Of a stretch of 64,000 bases of DNA, positions 13,208 to 25,440 are shown piece after piece. A program made the translations under genes and the position numbers. Within the stretch, counting starts at the first letter, position 1; each line of letters begins with the position of its first letter. This stretch comes from Mobula hypostoma. Taxonomy: Eukaryota. The notes beneath the pieces were generated by a model. That model ran no database searches, had not been told where the DNA came from, and saw nothing but the letters and a program-made list of their open reading frames with translations. Location: contig NC_086108.1 of the NCBI RefSeq assembly GCF_963921235.1, positions 73,286,001 to 73,350,000 on the forward strand. The letters run 5' to 3'.

Positions 13208-14085
13208 GCAACACTCACAACACGCTGCAGGAACTCAGCAGGTCGGGCCGCATCCATGGAAATGATCAGTCAGCGTTTCGGGCCGGAACCCTTCGTCAGG
13301 ACTGAAGAGGGAAGGGGCAGAGGCCCTATAAGAAGGTGGGGGGAGGGTGGGAAGGAGAAGGCTGGTAGGTGCCAGGTGAAAAACCAGTAAGGGAAAAGAT
13401 AAAGGGGTGGGGGAGACGAAGCAGGGAGGTGATGGGCAGGAAAGGTGAAGAAGGAATAGGGGAAAACACAATGGGTAGTAGAAGGAGGCGGAACCATGAG
13501 GGAGGTGATAGGCAGCTGGGGGAGGGGGCAGAGTGAAACTGGGATGGGGGGGGGGAGGGAATTACCAGTAGTAGGAGAATTCAATGTTCATACCAAGGGG
13601 CTGGAGACATCCCAGACAGTATATGAGGTGTTGCTCCTCCATCCTGAGTTTAGCCTCATCATGGCAGTAAAGGAGGCCATGTATGGACATATCCAAATGG
13701 GAATGTGAAGCAGAGTTGAAGTGGGTGGCAACCGGGAGATCCTGTCTGTTGTGGCGGACGGAGCGGAGGTGCTCGATGGAGCGGTCCTCTAATCTGCGTT
13801 AGGTTTCACCAATGTAGAAGAGGCCGCACCGGGAGCACCGGATGCAATAGATGACCCTAACAGACTCACAAGTGAAGTGTTGCCTCACCTGGAAGGACTG
13901 TTTGGGGCCCTGAATGGTGGCAAGAGAGGAGGTGTAGGGACAGGTGTAGCACTTACGCTTACAGGGATAAGTGCCGGGTGGGAGATCTGTGGGGAGGGAC
14001 GTGTGGACCAGGGAGTCACGGAGGGAACGATCCCTGTGGAAAGCGGAGAGGGGTGGAGAGGGAAAGATGTGCTTAGTGGTGGGGA
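13208..14085 (-). mobile_element. Penelope-like element 3' part (GIY-YIG region + pLTR)
   Basis: Reverse complement matches the GIY-YIG region of 7000-7447. The terminal region carries CTGACGA...GAAAC. Confidence 0.85.
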
Positions 14086-14229
14086 AAGTATGAGAAAACT
14101 CCTAAATTCGCACTTTCTGACTATGCTGTCAAATATCAAATAATAGTGTTTCTCCTTTAGCACCTTTTTCTTGTATAAATGACGTGTAAACCTCATAGCA
14201 ACACGTCCTTGCTGATCATAAACACAGGA

Positions 14230-15720
14230 GCACTTCAAGGCTGCATGCTTAGCCCCTGATCTATTCTCTGTGTTCTCTGACTGTGTGCCTCAGGACAGCT
14301 CCAATGCCATATTCAAAATTTCCAATAAAACTATTGTTATTGGACGAGTAACAGGTGGCCATGAGTGAGCTTACCATGCAAGATAGGTGGCCTGGTTGAC
14401 TGGTGCAGCAAAAACAAACTCTCAATGTCAGCAAAACGAATGAGCTGATCATTGACCTGAGGAAGGGGAAGGAGTGTGAATCTGTGCCAGTCTTCATTAG
14501 GAGACTGTCAGCAGAGAGAATCAGCAGCTTTAAATCACTAGGTGTTGACATGTCAGATGACCTTTCCTGGGCCCAATGCATAGATTCAATCATAAGGAAA
14601 GTGTGTCAGTGAGATTAAAGAGATGCAGCTTGTCACTAAATACTCTAACGAACTTTCACAGATGTATTGTTGAAAGTGTCTTGACTGGTAGTACCATTGT
14701 CTAGCCCTAAATTGAATGCATAGGAGTGTAAGAAGCTGCAGTGAGTAGTGCACTCTGCCCAATACATTATCCCCACCAGTGGGGCACATCTCTCCCTACC
14801 ACTGGTAAGATCTTCAGGACTTTATGTTTCAAAAAGGCAACATCCATCATCAAAGATTACCACTATCTGGGACATGCCATCTTTTCATAGCTACCATCTG
14901 TCACGGTCCGGTCCGTTGGCTCGTCATTTCAGTTAATTTCCTTTTCCCCGTGTTCTACTGGGCTCCTTGATTAGGGCACCTGATCCTCATCCGAACCAGC
15001 AGCATAAAATCTCCGGCTTACATCTACTCGGTGCTGGACCGTCACACCGCAACCCGTGTGGCAATGCATGTTCCGGGGCCGCCGAGAATGGTGGATTCTA
15101 AGTGGCTTCGGTGCCTGGGTTGCTTCGGGAATTCTGTCTCTTCGTGTTCAGCTCAGTGATTGCTGGCCATTTGCCGCTTCATGTGCTACCCCGTGTCAAG
15201 ATACGAATTGTCTGTCGTTGTTGGGTTTTCTCGTCTCATGTCCAGCTGAAGATTGCTGGCTGTTTGCCCCTCCTCCGGGCCAAGATATGAATTGTCTGTC
15301 TTTGTTTGGTTTTGTCGTCTTGTGTCCAAGTCCGAGTCCAGGCTCCGAGTCCAGACTCCAAGTCCAAGTCCAAGTCCAGACTCCGAGTCCAAGTCGAGTC
15401 TAAGTCAAGTTCAAGTCCAGGCTTCATATCCAAGTCAAGTCCAAGTCCAAGTCCAGGTTCCATGTCCGAGTCCAAGTCCAGGCTCCGTGGCCAAGTCCAA
15501 GTCCAGATTCCTCCGGTTTGTTGTCCAATGTTTACGCCCAAGTAAGCATCTAATCTTCGATCTACGTCCTTCCTGGTACCTATTAATAAACACTCTTCTG
15601 TTAATGTTACCTTCATGCCTGTGTCCTGCACTTGGGTCTGCTTCACCATTGCAAAACCATCAGGGATGAAGTGCAGAATCCTGAAGTCCCACACAACCAG
15701 AAATAAGAACAGCTGCACAT
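14230..15720 (+). mobile_element. Rex1/Babar-type LINE fragment, old, interrupted by a solo LTR
   Basis: LNVSKTNELIIDLRK...FKSLGVDMSDDLSW. It continues after 15657 (AGGGATGAAGTGCAGAATCCTGAAG). Confidence 0.75.
14899..15656 (+). mobile_element. Solo LTR with internal (CAAGTC)n minisatellite
   Basis: Starts TGTCACGG, TATA-like CATAAAA near 15003, AATAAA near 15585, flanked by the 5-bp direct repeat CCATC. Tandem CAAGTC/CGAGTC repeats at about 15325-15505. Confidence 0.8.
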
Positions 15721-17755
15721 GTTATAATTTATCTAGATATCCAATAGATTCTCAAGAACACAAGATGAGGAATATGAAGCAACAATCAATCTGCTGGAGG
15801 AGATCAGCATCTGTTAGGGAGAAGAAATTGTTTACAGTTTGCTTCAAAACCCTGAATCAAGTTAAATAATTATCATAGCAAAACAACTCAGGAAAGAAAA
15901 CAGCATAGGATTTTAATCCAAATAAAGTTTTTGACATGCACATGTGATGAAATTAAACATAAGGAAATGTGAAAAACGTTTTTTGTATCTTATACACCAA
16001 AAATATGAAGGAATTATACTCCATAGTTGCAAAATTTATTTTCAAGATCAGTTGTTTTCTTTTAGTCAGTAGAAATCATCAAATGCTAATTTTAAAAATT
16101 GCATTGTTCAACATGCCTTAATAATTTCAATTTTTATAGAATTAAAATATGATTTTCACATCAAGTCATTGACTCTGCATTGATTCTATCCGCAAATCAC
16201 TTGAGTGATTTGATTACTGACAACACCTTCCAGTTTTCTGGGTTAAAGTGTATCTGTACAGTGCTGTCCGACACAGTAACATCATTGATCATGGAGATAT
16301 TTGCTGTTGTTAAAACTAGGGATTAAAGAGAATCACATTCAAGTAAAGGCAACAAAGCTGAAAACAAAAGAGTAAGAAACACTAAAGTAAACAATAGGGT
16401 GAAAAGAGGTATTAGATTGTAGGTGTGGAGAACAGCATTTTTCTAGAAATCATTTTGATGCAAGACTATGAGGAATTGTGCAAGTGAAGATTTTATTGCT
16501 GCCTGAGAATTCTATAAGCTATGATCGTTAGGGTGTTTATGGTGTGAATCTCTAGAGGTGCTAAGTATCATACAAACATACCTCTTGAAACATTCCAAAC
16601 TAAACAGTATACATGCATCTATCAGCTCAATCAAAAGAGAGCCTGTAAGAAAATGGACCTCAGGGTGACATACTATATACATACTTTGAGAAAAAATTTA
16701 CTTTAAACTTTTCACTTTGAACTTTGAAGTGGAGGGTAGGTATCTGCTGATGCTTTTGGCTCAGCACAGCTCATTACCAATTAATTTTCTACCAATTAGA
16801 AGTTTCTTGTCCATTAGCAGAAAAGTTGACCCAGTGTCTGCAACATAAAGGCTTTTGAAAAACTTCTTCCTTGTTGGGTTAAATTGCTCAAAATCTAGTT
16901 GGTTGGTGTGGAAATGGGAAAAAACGGAAAAATGGAAAAATAGCAGAGAAGTATTTACATTTTGTGAAGGGAGTTTGGTGTGTGCCTGGTGGTACTGTAT
17001 CTTAACAAGTGTTTGAGGTTGATATAACATCTAAGATGGAAATGGTCCTATTCACAGCAGTGCCATCCTTCATCTTGATAAGCATAAAATGGATAATTAC
17101 CTAAGAAGGAAGCAACAACTTAAAAATGAGCTTTTAAACCACTAAAGTAAATTTGATGCTATGTATGAAGGTTTGAGCATTATGTCTGTTAAACTGGACC
17201 CTCTGGGGAGATTACATCAAAACATCTCAACATCAAACAACATTTCAAACCATAATTATAAAGCTTAAACATGGCAGTTTTTAGTTAAATTGCTGTACTT
17301 TGCTGTCAGTTTTGTGAGAACTTGATGTTGACAAGAAGACTCATTCTACAGATTCAATTGAAATAAGTCCAAAGGGATCTATTCAAAAGTCAAACTACTT
17401 TGAATTTAAGCACATTTAAGTTTTATTCCTCACACTGAAGTATGCTAATAGTAAGACAATTCTTTTTGTGTTAGTTAAGCCAGAACAAATAGCATGTAAA
17501 AATACTGAGAAATACTGAAAAAAAATAAATAGATAAGCAAAATTATTTGAATAGCTGAAACGTAACCTCATGGCCTGATACATCCTTTTTTCCATCATTA
17601 TTATCAGGCCAAAGGATCAATACTTTTCCAATGGAATGCAGCAGGTATAGTTGTAGAGACAAAGAGATACAGCACAGAAACAGGCCCTTTGGCCCACCAA
17701 GTCCATGTCAGCCATTCCTATGTTTGGGGCTGCTTTGGGCATATCTAAAAATAAA

Positions 17756-18660
17756 TGTAAGGGGCTTCTTCTTTAAGGTTACTGCTAAGGCTAATAAAAT
17801 GGCTTCTTTGTTATGTTAAAAATAAAATGGCTTCTCTGTGATGTTAATTGCTGAGACAGTAGTTCTCTCTCTAGCAGCTTGTTTAGGTTATAATTACTGA
17901 TAACGAGAATTGTATTCATTTGCTAACCAATTGGGATAGATGTTTTTTTTCTTGTGTGTCTGTAAACTATGTTTTCGCGGGCTTTGGGCAGAAGGCGCGA
18001 TGGGGACAGAGAGAGGAGATGGGCGATGTTGTAAGCTGGGTGAGGATCAGACCCATGAGGGAGTCCGAGGCCCAGGGCTTTTCAGGAGGAGAACTGAAGA
18101 GGAAGGACGTGCTGGACGCACTCTGGTTGACCACCGTGATTGGTCCCAGGCAGCAGGTCGAGAAGATCGGAGGGGATCGAATGGTGGAAAGAAGACTCCG
18201 CTAATTGTGCTCCTAAGGTTGTGCACGAAGTGGTTGAACTTTGATAAGCCTGGCGCCTTTTACTTTCCTTTTAAATTGTATCTCTATTATCTACATAGTC
18301 AAAGAAATACTTATAAAGTGTAATCATTTAATTGCATATGGTGTACTGTTTGTTATTTGGTGGGGTGGGGACATCATACAGCATCTACACAAACTTGATT
18401 ACCCAGTTTGGCGGGGCCGAAGGCTGCTCCCCCTAGATGAAAGCGAGCTGAGCGAGCCTGAGGCTTACCAGGGGGCTCGTCCAGGATTGGATTCTATGGA
18501 AGCTGTGTGAACGGCCTGTATAAATAATGCATGCTGCGGGGGTGGAAACCTGGTGTACCTCTGTGGGATTGCTGGTTATTACTGCATGTGTGTTGGGTGG
18601 GGTGGCTGTTGGTACCCTGGAGGTCTTTGTTCGAGTTCAGACTAGCGCTTACCAGGGGAC
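17756..18660 (+). mobile_element. LTR followed by tRNA-Pro primer-binding site and truncated leader
   Basis: TGTAAG...CTTACCA (17756-18470) is directly followed by GGGGGCTCGTCCAGGAT (18471-18487), a near match to the tRNA-Pro PBS TGGGGGCTCGTCCGGGAT. Confidence 0.75.
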
Positions 18661-18749
18661 TACATAAAGTTCCTTCCTGGAGGAGCTACCACACAGGACT
18701 AAACAGCAAGAGCAGCATTCCATAGACAGAGCTAAGCAAAGTGAGAACC

Positions 18750-19620
18750 AACAGATCAGTCAAACTTAATAGTGCTGGACAATAAACAGAAGAAGATTGA
18801 ATAATATCCCCAGCCTCAATGATAGTGAAAGCCAGCATGTGAGTGTTAAGCATAAGACTGAAACATTCACAGCTGTTCTGCAGCAATGGATGAATCATCT
18901 CAGTTTCCTTTTGCAATTCCCATCATCACAGGAACAAACCTTTAGCCAATTCAGCTTACACAAGATAACATCAAGAAATAACTGAAGGAGCTAGATATAA
19001 CACCAGACAGCATGCAGTAATAAAGACCAGCAATCCAAAGTTAGCCATGCCTGTAGCCAAGCTGATCCAGTATGATTAGATCTCTGGCAGCTACCTGACC
19101 AATTTGGAAAATTGCCCAGATATACGCTGTCTATGAAAAGCATGACAAATCCAGTCAGGCTAATTATCAACTGAATCAGTCCACTCTTCATCAACAACGA
19201 AGTGATGAACATTTCCGTTGACAGAGTCATCAAACGGTGCTTTCTCAGTATCCACTTTGGTTGCAGAACGGATCAGAGACTAGGGCCAAAAATTGACCGA
19301 AGAGCTGAATTCCAGAGGTGAGATCAGAACAACTGTCCTCGTCAATAGGGCAGCATTTGAGGGACTGTAGCAGCGACAAGAAGATAGCAACGCTAAAATC
19401 AGTAACATCAAGGGGAAAACGTTTCAATGGTTAGAGTCATACCTTGCACAAATGAAAATGGCTGCGGTGGTTAGAGCTCAATCATCCCAGTCTCAAGTTA
19501 TCAAAACAGGAGGAGATCCACAGGATGCTGTCGTTGGCTCCACCTCATTAATGGCACTCTTTCCATCATGAGATCAGAAATGGGGTGCTTTCTGATAGTT
19601 GCAAAGTGTACAATTCCATT
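18750..19620 (+). mobile_element. Highly decayed LINE (CR1/L2 clade) RT remnant
   Basis: Residual motifs, including WKIAQI, GKTFQWLESYL and a PQDAVVG (GVPQGSVLG-like) segment. Confidence 0.5.
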
Positions 19621-20924
19621 TGCAACTCCACTGCAAATGTTGCTATTTTGAATACCCATTACAAAGAAACAGGGATAATAAAAGTGCTCCCAGGAGACCA
19701 GACACTATCTGGATTAATTGTTCTATCTTTGTTAATCTAATGAACAACCTTACACTTTGTCTCAAATACTCATTAAGTATCACAACAGAGCATTTCACCT
19801 GGGCCATCATTTCAACGTACGTTTTTTATCAAAGTACACATATAAAATTCCACTCTGAGATTCATCCTTCTTCACACAGCCACGAAAGAAAGAAACACCA
19901 TGGAACCCATTCAAGACAACATCAAACAATGCGAAAATAAAGAATAAATTGCACAAACGGCAAAAAGCAAGCAAACAACATATAAAATATCAGACATCAA
20001 ACCAGGAGTCCAGTAGTATTCAGTTTAGTTCAGTTCAGTGCTGCACAGCTAGCACACTGCAGGGCGAAGAGCCGATCTTCATCAAGGCACTCATCCGCAT
20101 GAATCGCTCTGGTCAAACTGCTCAAGAACAAGCAAAAAAAAAAGAGCAACTAGAATCCAGAAACAGATATGACATGAACCTCAAAGTCTTCCAAAACAAG
20201 TCCACAGCCTCGTTGATCAACCCTTGCAACATGGATCCCAAGACTGCTGCAGTTTCCTCAACAGCAGCCAGCGAGGAGGAGAGGAAGTTCAGTCGAACGC
20301 ACGCAGACGGTGCCAAACACACGCCCATCCTCCGCTTTCTTCCTCATTGACTTCAACCTTGTTCAACGCCTCAATCTGAGAGAAGCAATGGAGTCGATCA
20401 TGGAATCACGACCTGTCTCCAGGCACACACTCAGCTCCAAACCTCACAGAACGCAGGATACAATGAAATGATTGTCAATGGAGATATGGGCTAATGGTAA
20501 ACTTACCTTGTTCAGCACTACATCCTTGGCTTGGTTTGACCAAACTGTCCTTAAGGCAACAATATTCCATTAACTGTCAATAACTACATGAGAAATCAAA
20601 TATGGCCTGGTCTTGCTTGCCTTCCAATTTTTCACTCTTGTCCCTGACGATTAAATATCTAAAGTACAAATAATATGTGATATTATATGCTCCCACAGTG
20701 CAATAAAAAATTCAGTTTCATGGTGCTGAAGAAGAAAATCTGGTTGTTATTTCCTCTGAGTACCATCAAAGAGCAATCACTACAACAGAAAATGCTGAGT
20801 CTGCATTTCAGTGCATCTCAACAGGCCGAAGCGAAATTCTAACAGAATCACCTCAGGCTGTTCTCTGTTGGCTGTGAAGAGGTATTAGTAGAAATCAAAG
20901 AAGTATTTTTGAATATTTTTGAAT

Positions 20925-22905
20925 GAAAAAGGCATCAGAAGACTAGTTTCGGAAGACAGGAAAATTGCAAATGTCACTCCAAGACGGGAGAGAGCCAGAA
21001 GAAAGGAAACTACAGGCCAGTTAGTCTGGCCTCAGAGGTTGGGAAGGTGTTGCTGTCAATTATTAAGGATGAGTTCCTAGGGTACTTGGAGGCACATGAT
21101 AAAATTGGCCAAAGTCAGCATGGTTTCCTCAAGGGAAAATTTTGCCTGACAAATCTGTTGGAATTCTTAGAAGAAATAACAAGCAGATTAGACAACGGAA
21201 AACCAGTTTATGTTGTGTACTTGGATTTTCAGAAGGCCTTGGACAAGGTGCCACTCATGAGACTGCTGAACAAGTTACAAGCCCATGGTATTACAGTGAA
21301 GTTTCTAGCATAGATAAAGCAGTGGCTGATTGGCAGGAGGCAAAGAATGGGAATAAAGAGAACCTTTTCTGGCTAGCTGCCAGTGACTAGTGGTGTTCCA
21401 CAGGGGTCTGTGTTGGGACCGATTCTTTTTATGACAATGATTTAGATGATGGAATTGGTGGCTTTGTTGCAAAGTTTGCAGATGATACGAAGATAGGTGG
21501 AGGGGCAAATAGTTTTGAGGAAATAGAGAGGCTACGGTAGGACTTAGAGAGATTATGAGAATGGGCAAAGAAATAGCAGATGGAGTACAGTGTTGGGAAG
21601 TATATGGTCAGCCACTTTGGTCGAAGAAATGAAAGGATTAACTATTTTCTAAATGGAGAGAAAATACAAAAAACTGAGGTGCAAAGGCGCTTGGGCGTCC
21701 TTATGCAGGATTCCCTAAATGTTAATTTACAGGTTGAGTCTGCTGTGAGGAAGGTGAAGCACCTTCAATAATTCCAAAAGACTGAAGCAGGGTAAATACT
21801 GAAAGTCTTGTATTCATAGTAAGACGTGACCTCCATGCTCAGTGTCTGCCCAGATCAGCTTTTTCCAACAGCCGCTGGCGCACATACACTGACCTGGTCC
21901 CCGTGATGAAGGCGTCTCTCACTAGGAGCTCTGCATGCTGTACTGCCATCAGTTCTTGGCAATTGCAGGCTCGCACGAACGTCTGTAGGGCCCGGACAAA
22001 CTCAGCACTTGATTCCCCAGGCCGCTGGTGCCGAGTCGCTAAGCGGTGCTGAGCATAGACGCTGTTTATCGGCCGCGGGTATTGTCCTTTGAGTGCGCTC
22101 ATCGCGCCGTCGTAGCTCGGCTGGTCTCTGATCAGCGAGTAGACCTGTGGACTGACCCTGGACAGTAGAACTCTGCGCTACACTACGGGGTCGGTCGCTT
22201 TAATCTCCTCTAGGTACAATTCGAAGCAGGCCAGCCAGAGTTTGAAAGCGTTTCCAGCTTCAGGTGTTTGCGGATCAAGATCTAACTTGTCGGGTCTCAG
22301 TGCATGTTCCATGTTTTAAAATTTACTGCAAATAAAATTGAAGCATCTTCAATAATCCCAAAAGACTGAAGTAGGGTAAATACTGAAGGGCTTTCATTTG
22401 CAGTAAAACGTGACCTCCATGCTGAGTGTCTGCCCCTGGTCTGAGGGGGAGGAGCAGGGCGAAATCGCCTTTATTCAGGGTTCCATGGGAGAAGCCACAG
22501 GGGCAGTCAGCAGAGGGGTGTGTGCAGACTGTTAACCCAGTTGCAACATATATATATATGGTTTACCACAGAAGGTAAATGCAACATAGCACTCATTTCA
22601 AGAGGACTAGAATATAAAAGCAAGGCTGTAATGTCGAGAATTTATGAAGCACCTTTGAGGCCTCATTTGGAGTATTGTGAGCAGGTCTGGGCCCCATATC
22701 TTAAAAATTATGTGCTGAAACTGGAGAGGATTCAAAGGAGATTCGCAAGAATGATTCAGGATTGAATGACTTATCATATAAAGAGCCTTTGATGGCTCTG
22801 AGCCTGGATTCACTGGAATTCAGAAGAGTGAGGGGTGACCTGATTGAATGGTGAAAGGCTTTGATACAGTGGATGTGGAGAAGATGACCAGAGGACCCAG
22901 CTTCA
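20925..22905 (+). mobile_element. CR1 LINE RT fragment interrupted by an LTR element
   Basis: QHGFLKGKFCLTNLLEF, YLDFQKALDKVP, GVPQGSVLGP, FADDTKIG, RPHLEYCEQVWAPY. Confidence 0.9.
21755..22570 (-). mobile_element. Internally deleted Ty3/Gypsy LTR retroelement (5' LTR, gag N-terminus, partial 3' LTR)
   Basis: TG...CA termini. 5-bp TSD GAAGG (21750-54 / 22571-75). LTR 22339-22570 is partly repeated at 21755-21851. Gag reads MEHALRPDKLDLDP...HRLATRHQRPGES...LVRDAFITG...VRQRLLE. Confidence 0.88.
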
Positions 22906-23307
22906 GATGGAATAAGTTATCCTGACAGCCAGAAGGATGATGAAAATGTTCTTCCACAAGATTAATGTTCATTGTTATTTGTACTAGCCAGTACAAAAAC
23001 AAATGGAAAAAACAGGCAAAATAATGTTAAGACAAACAAACACACAGAGCTGCTGTAATGTGTTGCTGCCTTGTACAGCACAGGGAGAAGGAAGGAGATT
23101 GGGGCTGAGAGGAAAATTGGATCAGCCATGATGAAATGGTGGAGTAGACTCGATGGGCCAAATAGCTTAATTCTGCTCCCATATCTTATGATATAATAAA
23201 AACACAAAGCACAACGCATTTCTGAAACACAAAACATAAAGGGCAAAGGATTTTGAAAACACCAGTACAGTACCTATAAGCTAAAAAGGCATACCATGAA
23301 GCAAACA

Positions 23308-23617
23308 CGAGGAATTCTGCAGATGCTGGAAATTCAAGCAACACACATCAAAGTTGCCGGTGAACGCAGCAGGCCAGGCAGCACCTCTAGGAAGAGGTAC
23401 AGTCGACGTTTCAGGCCGAGACTCTTTGTCAGAACTAACTGAAGAAAGAGCTAGTAAGAGATTTAGAAGTGGGAGGGGGAGGGGGAGATCCAAATCTCTT
23501 GCTAGCTCTTTCTTCAGTTAGTCCTGACTAAGGGTCTCGGCCTGAAACATCGACTGTACCTCTTCCTAGAGATGCTGCCTGGCTTGCTGCATTCACCAGC
23601 AACTTTGATGTTTGTTG
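23308..23617. mobile_element. Inverted pair of Penelope pLTR fragments with 17-bp flanking duplication
   Basis: 23340-23460 and 23495-23617 are reverse complements. ATACCATGAAGCAAACA occurs at 23291-23307 and 23618-23634. Confidence 0.85.
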
Positions 23618-23639
23618 ATACCATGAAGCAAACAAGTTT

Positions 23640-25440
23640 TCCAACACAGAAGCCGAAGATGGAGGAATGGATAATAGTTCACCCCATGTCCTTTCCATGT
23701 TTACTCTTGATATTCCTTAACCCATTCCTAATAAGCCTGAATTATTCTCTACATTCATAACCTTTTCTCCATTTGGGTGACTTCACATCCATATTGTATT
23801 TCTTCAGATAGCCTTTCAATAGCAACCTACTGACCTAGAACAGTGAATATCCATCACACACTCCTCTTGCTAAGTGAAGATTTTTAACCCAGCTCCTTCC
23901 TATGGATATCAGCTTCAAAATCAAGACTCCTCTTGAGAACAGAATGTTACTCCTCCATTAGTTCCAGTAGGTTACCAGTGCTAGAAAGGATATCTTCACT
24001 CCGATGCTCAAAGCACTCATTGGGCAATTCTCAACTTCAGGGTTTCGGTGAGATTTTCTCTTTAGACTATTCAGTTCCTCAATCTTAGCTGCACACATTT
24101 CCCAAGCCTCAAACAATTGTCATGATTATAATTTTCCACAAGCATGCAGCAACAATGCATGATAATCTATTTTATAAGTCCATATTACTCCATATTTAAA
24201 ATCTTCTTCCCCACAAACAGTTCTTGCCATTTCCTTGATACAAGTTCACATCACTGCCTCTGTTGCCATTTGTTCATCAGGTCAGCTGGAAATGTCCCTC
24301 AATAAGCTGAAGATAGTTCATCCCTTTCACAGGGGTATTCACTTTGCTTTCAATGCGGTGCACCACTTTGATCAGTTTTTCTGAAAACGGGTCACTGGTC
24401 ATGTACTGCTGTCTTCTTTTGCCTAAAGATTAGTAATCTCACGTTTTAGTTAAGGAAAATCGTAAGCATTAGTCACATGATTTCTCAGTATAATACTATA
24501 CATAAAAGATGAAACGTTTACAAAATAAGGAAGAGTACAGTTCTCCTGTTGAGGATTCTGTCTATACCTTTAATTCTAAACTCCCAGAAAAAAACTGTCA
24601 AAACATAGAAATTGGCTACACTCTGTCTCTCCATTGGGAGTGAGCACTCATTAATATGCTGTAACTTAACATTCTGAAACCAGCTATACCATCTGCATAA
24701 GTTCTCTGTCATTTTTGCGATTCCAGACTCTGTATAATTGTTCAGGTTTCCCCCCTTTACTTTGTTAAGGATTGGGCCTAAATAAGAAGAATTTGACACA
24801 TCTTCTCAAGCTTTGTGTTTTCCCAGAAAACTTTAACTGATCAAGGGCTACTCAGTCTGTTCTGACAAACCATGGGATTTTATTAATCAAATGTACAAAT
24901 TATTCCAGTAATATTAAATATAACACAAACAGCAATATTAATAGACATAGTGGTCTTACTTGTTGCATTGTAGAAGTATCATATATGCAATATATGCTTA
25001 CACCAAAATAATAAACAAATAGCAAACACATTGAAGTAGTCAAAGTCCTTATAGTCGTCAAAGACTCTGGGATTGCATCACCATTTCCAAAGAAATCATA
25101 ACAGAATAGGCAGAAAGGTTATCTGGAGTATAGCATTCCTCAGGAGTAACTATCTCTCTCCTCCTTGTAAGCCTTTCCTTAGTGTATAAAATAATACACA
25201 AAACATATTAAGGCAAATAGTTTTAAAAGTCAAAGGTGTAAACCATGATAGTATAATGCCATCAGAAGCAATGAACAACACACTTACAAAGCAAACTATA
25301 TAAAATCTTAAGGACCACATACTGTATATAAAAAGTTTCCCATCAGAAAGTAAATATGTAATGTTCAAGTAGGTAAGTGAAAAATAATGTTTGTTGACAC
25401 ATCTTTCTGTGGAATTGTCTTATTAGAACAATTGTTCGCA
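23640..25440 (-). pseudogene. Putative accessory-gene region of the endogenous foamy-like virus (decayed ORFs, one strongly hydrophobic)
   Basis: Unique, non-repeat-like sequence downstream of env on the same strand. ORFs 25150-25368 and 24518-24799 plus stop-interrupted frames at about 23990-24420. No homologue recognised. Confidence 0.45.

Noticed and set aside
15186..15718. Ser/Lys, Gln/Val and Leu/Asp repeat ORFs as protein genes
   Set aside because: They are translations of the (CAAGTC)n minisatellite inside a solo LTR.
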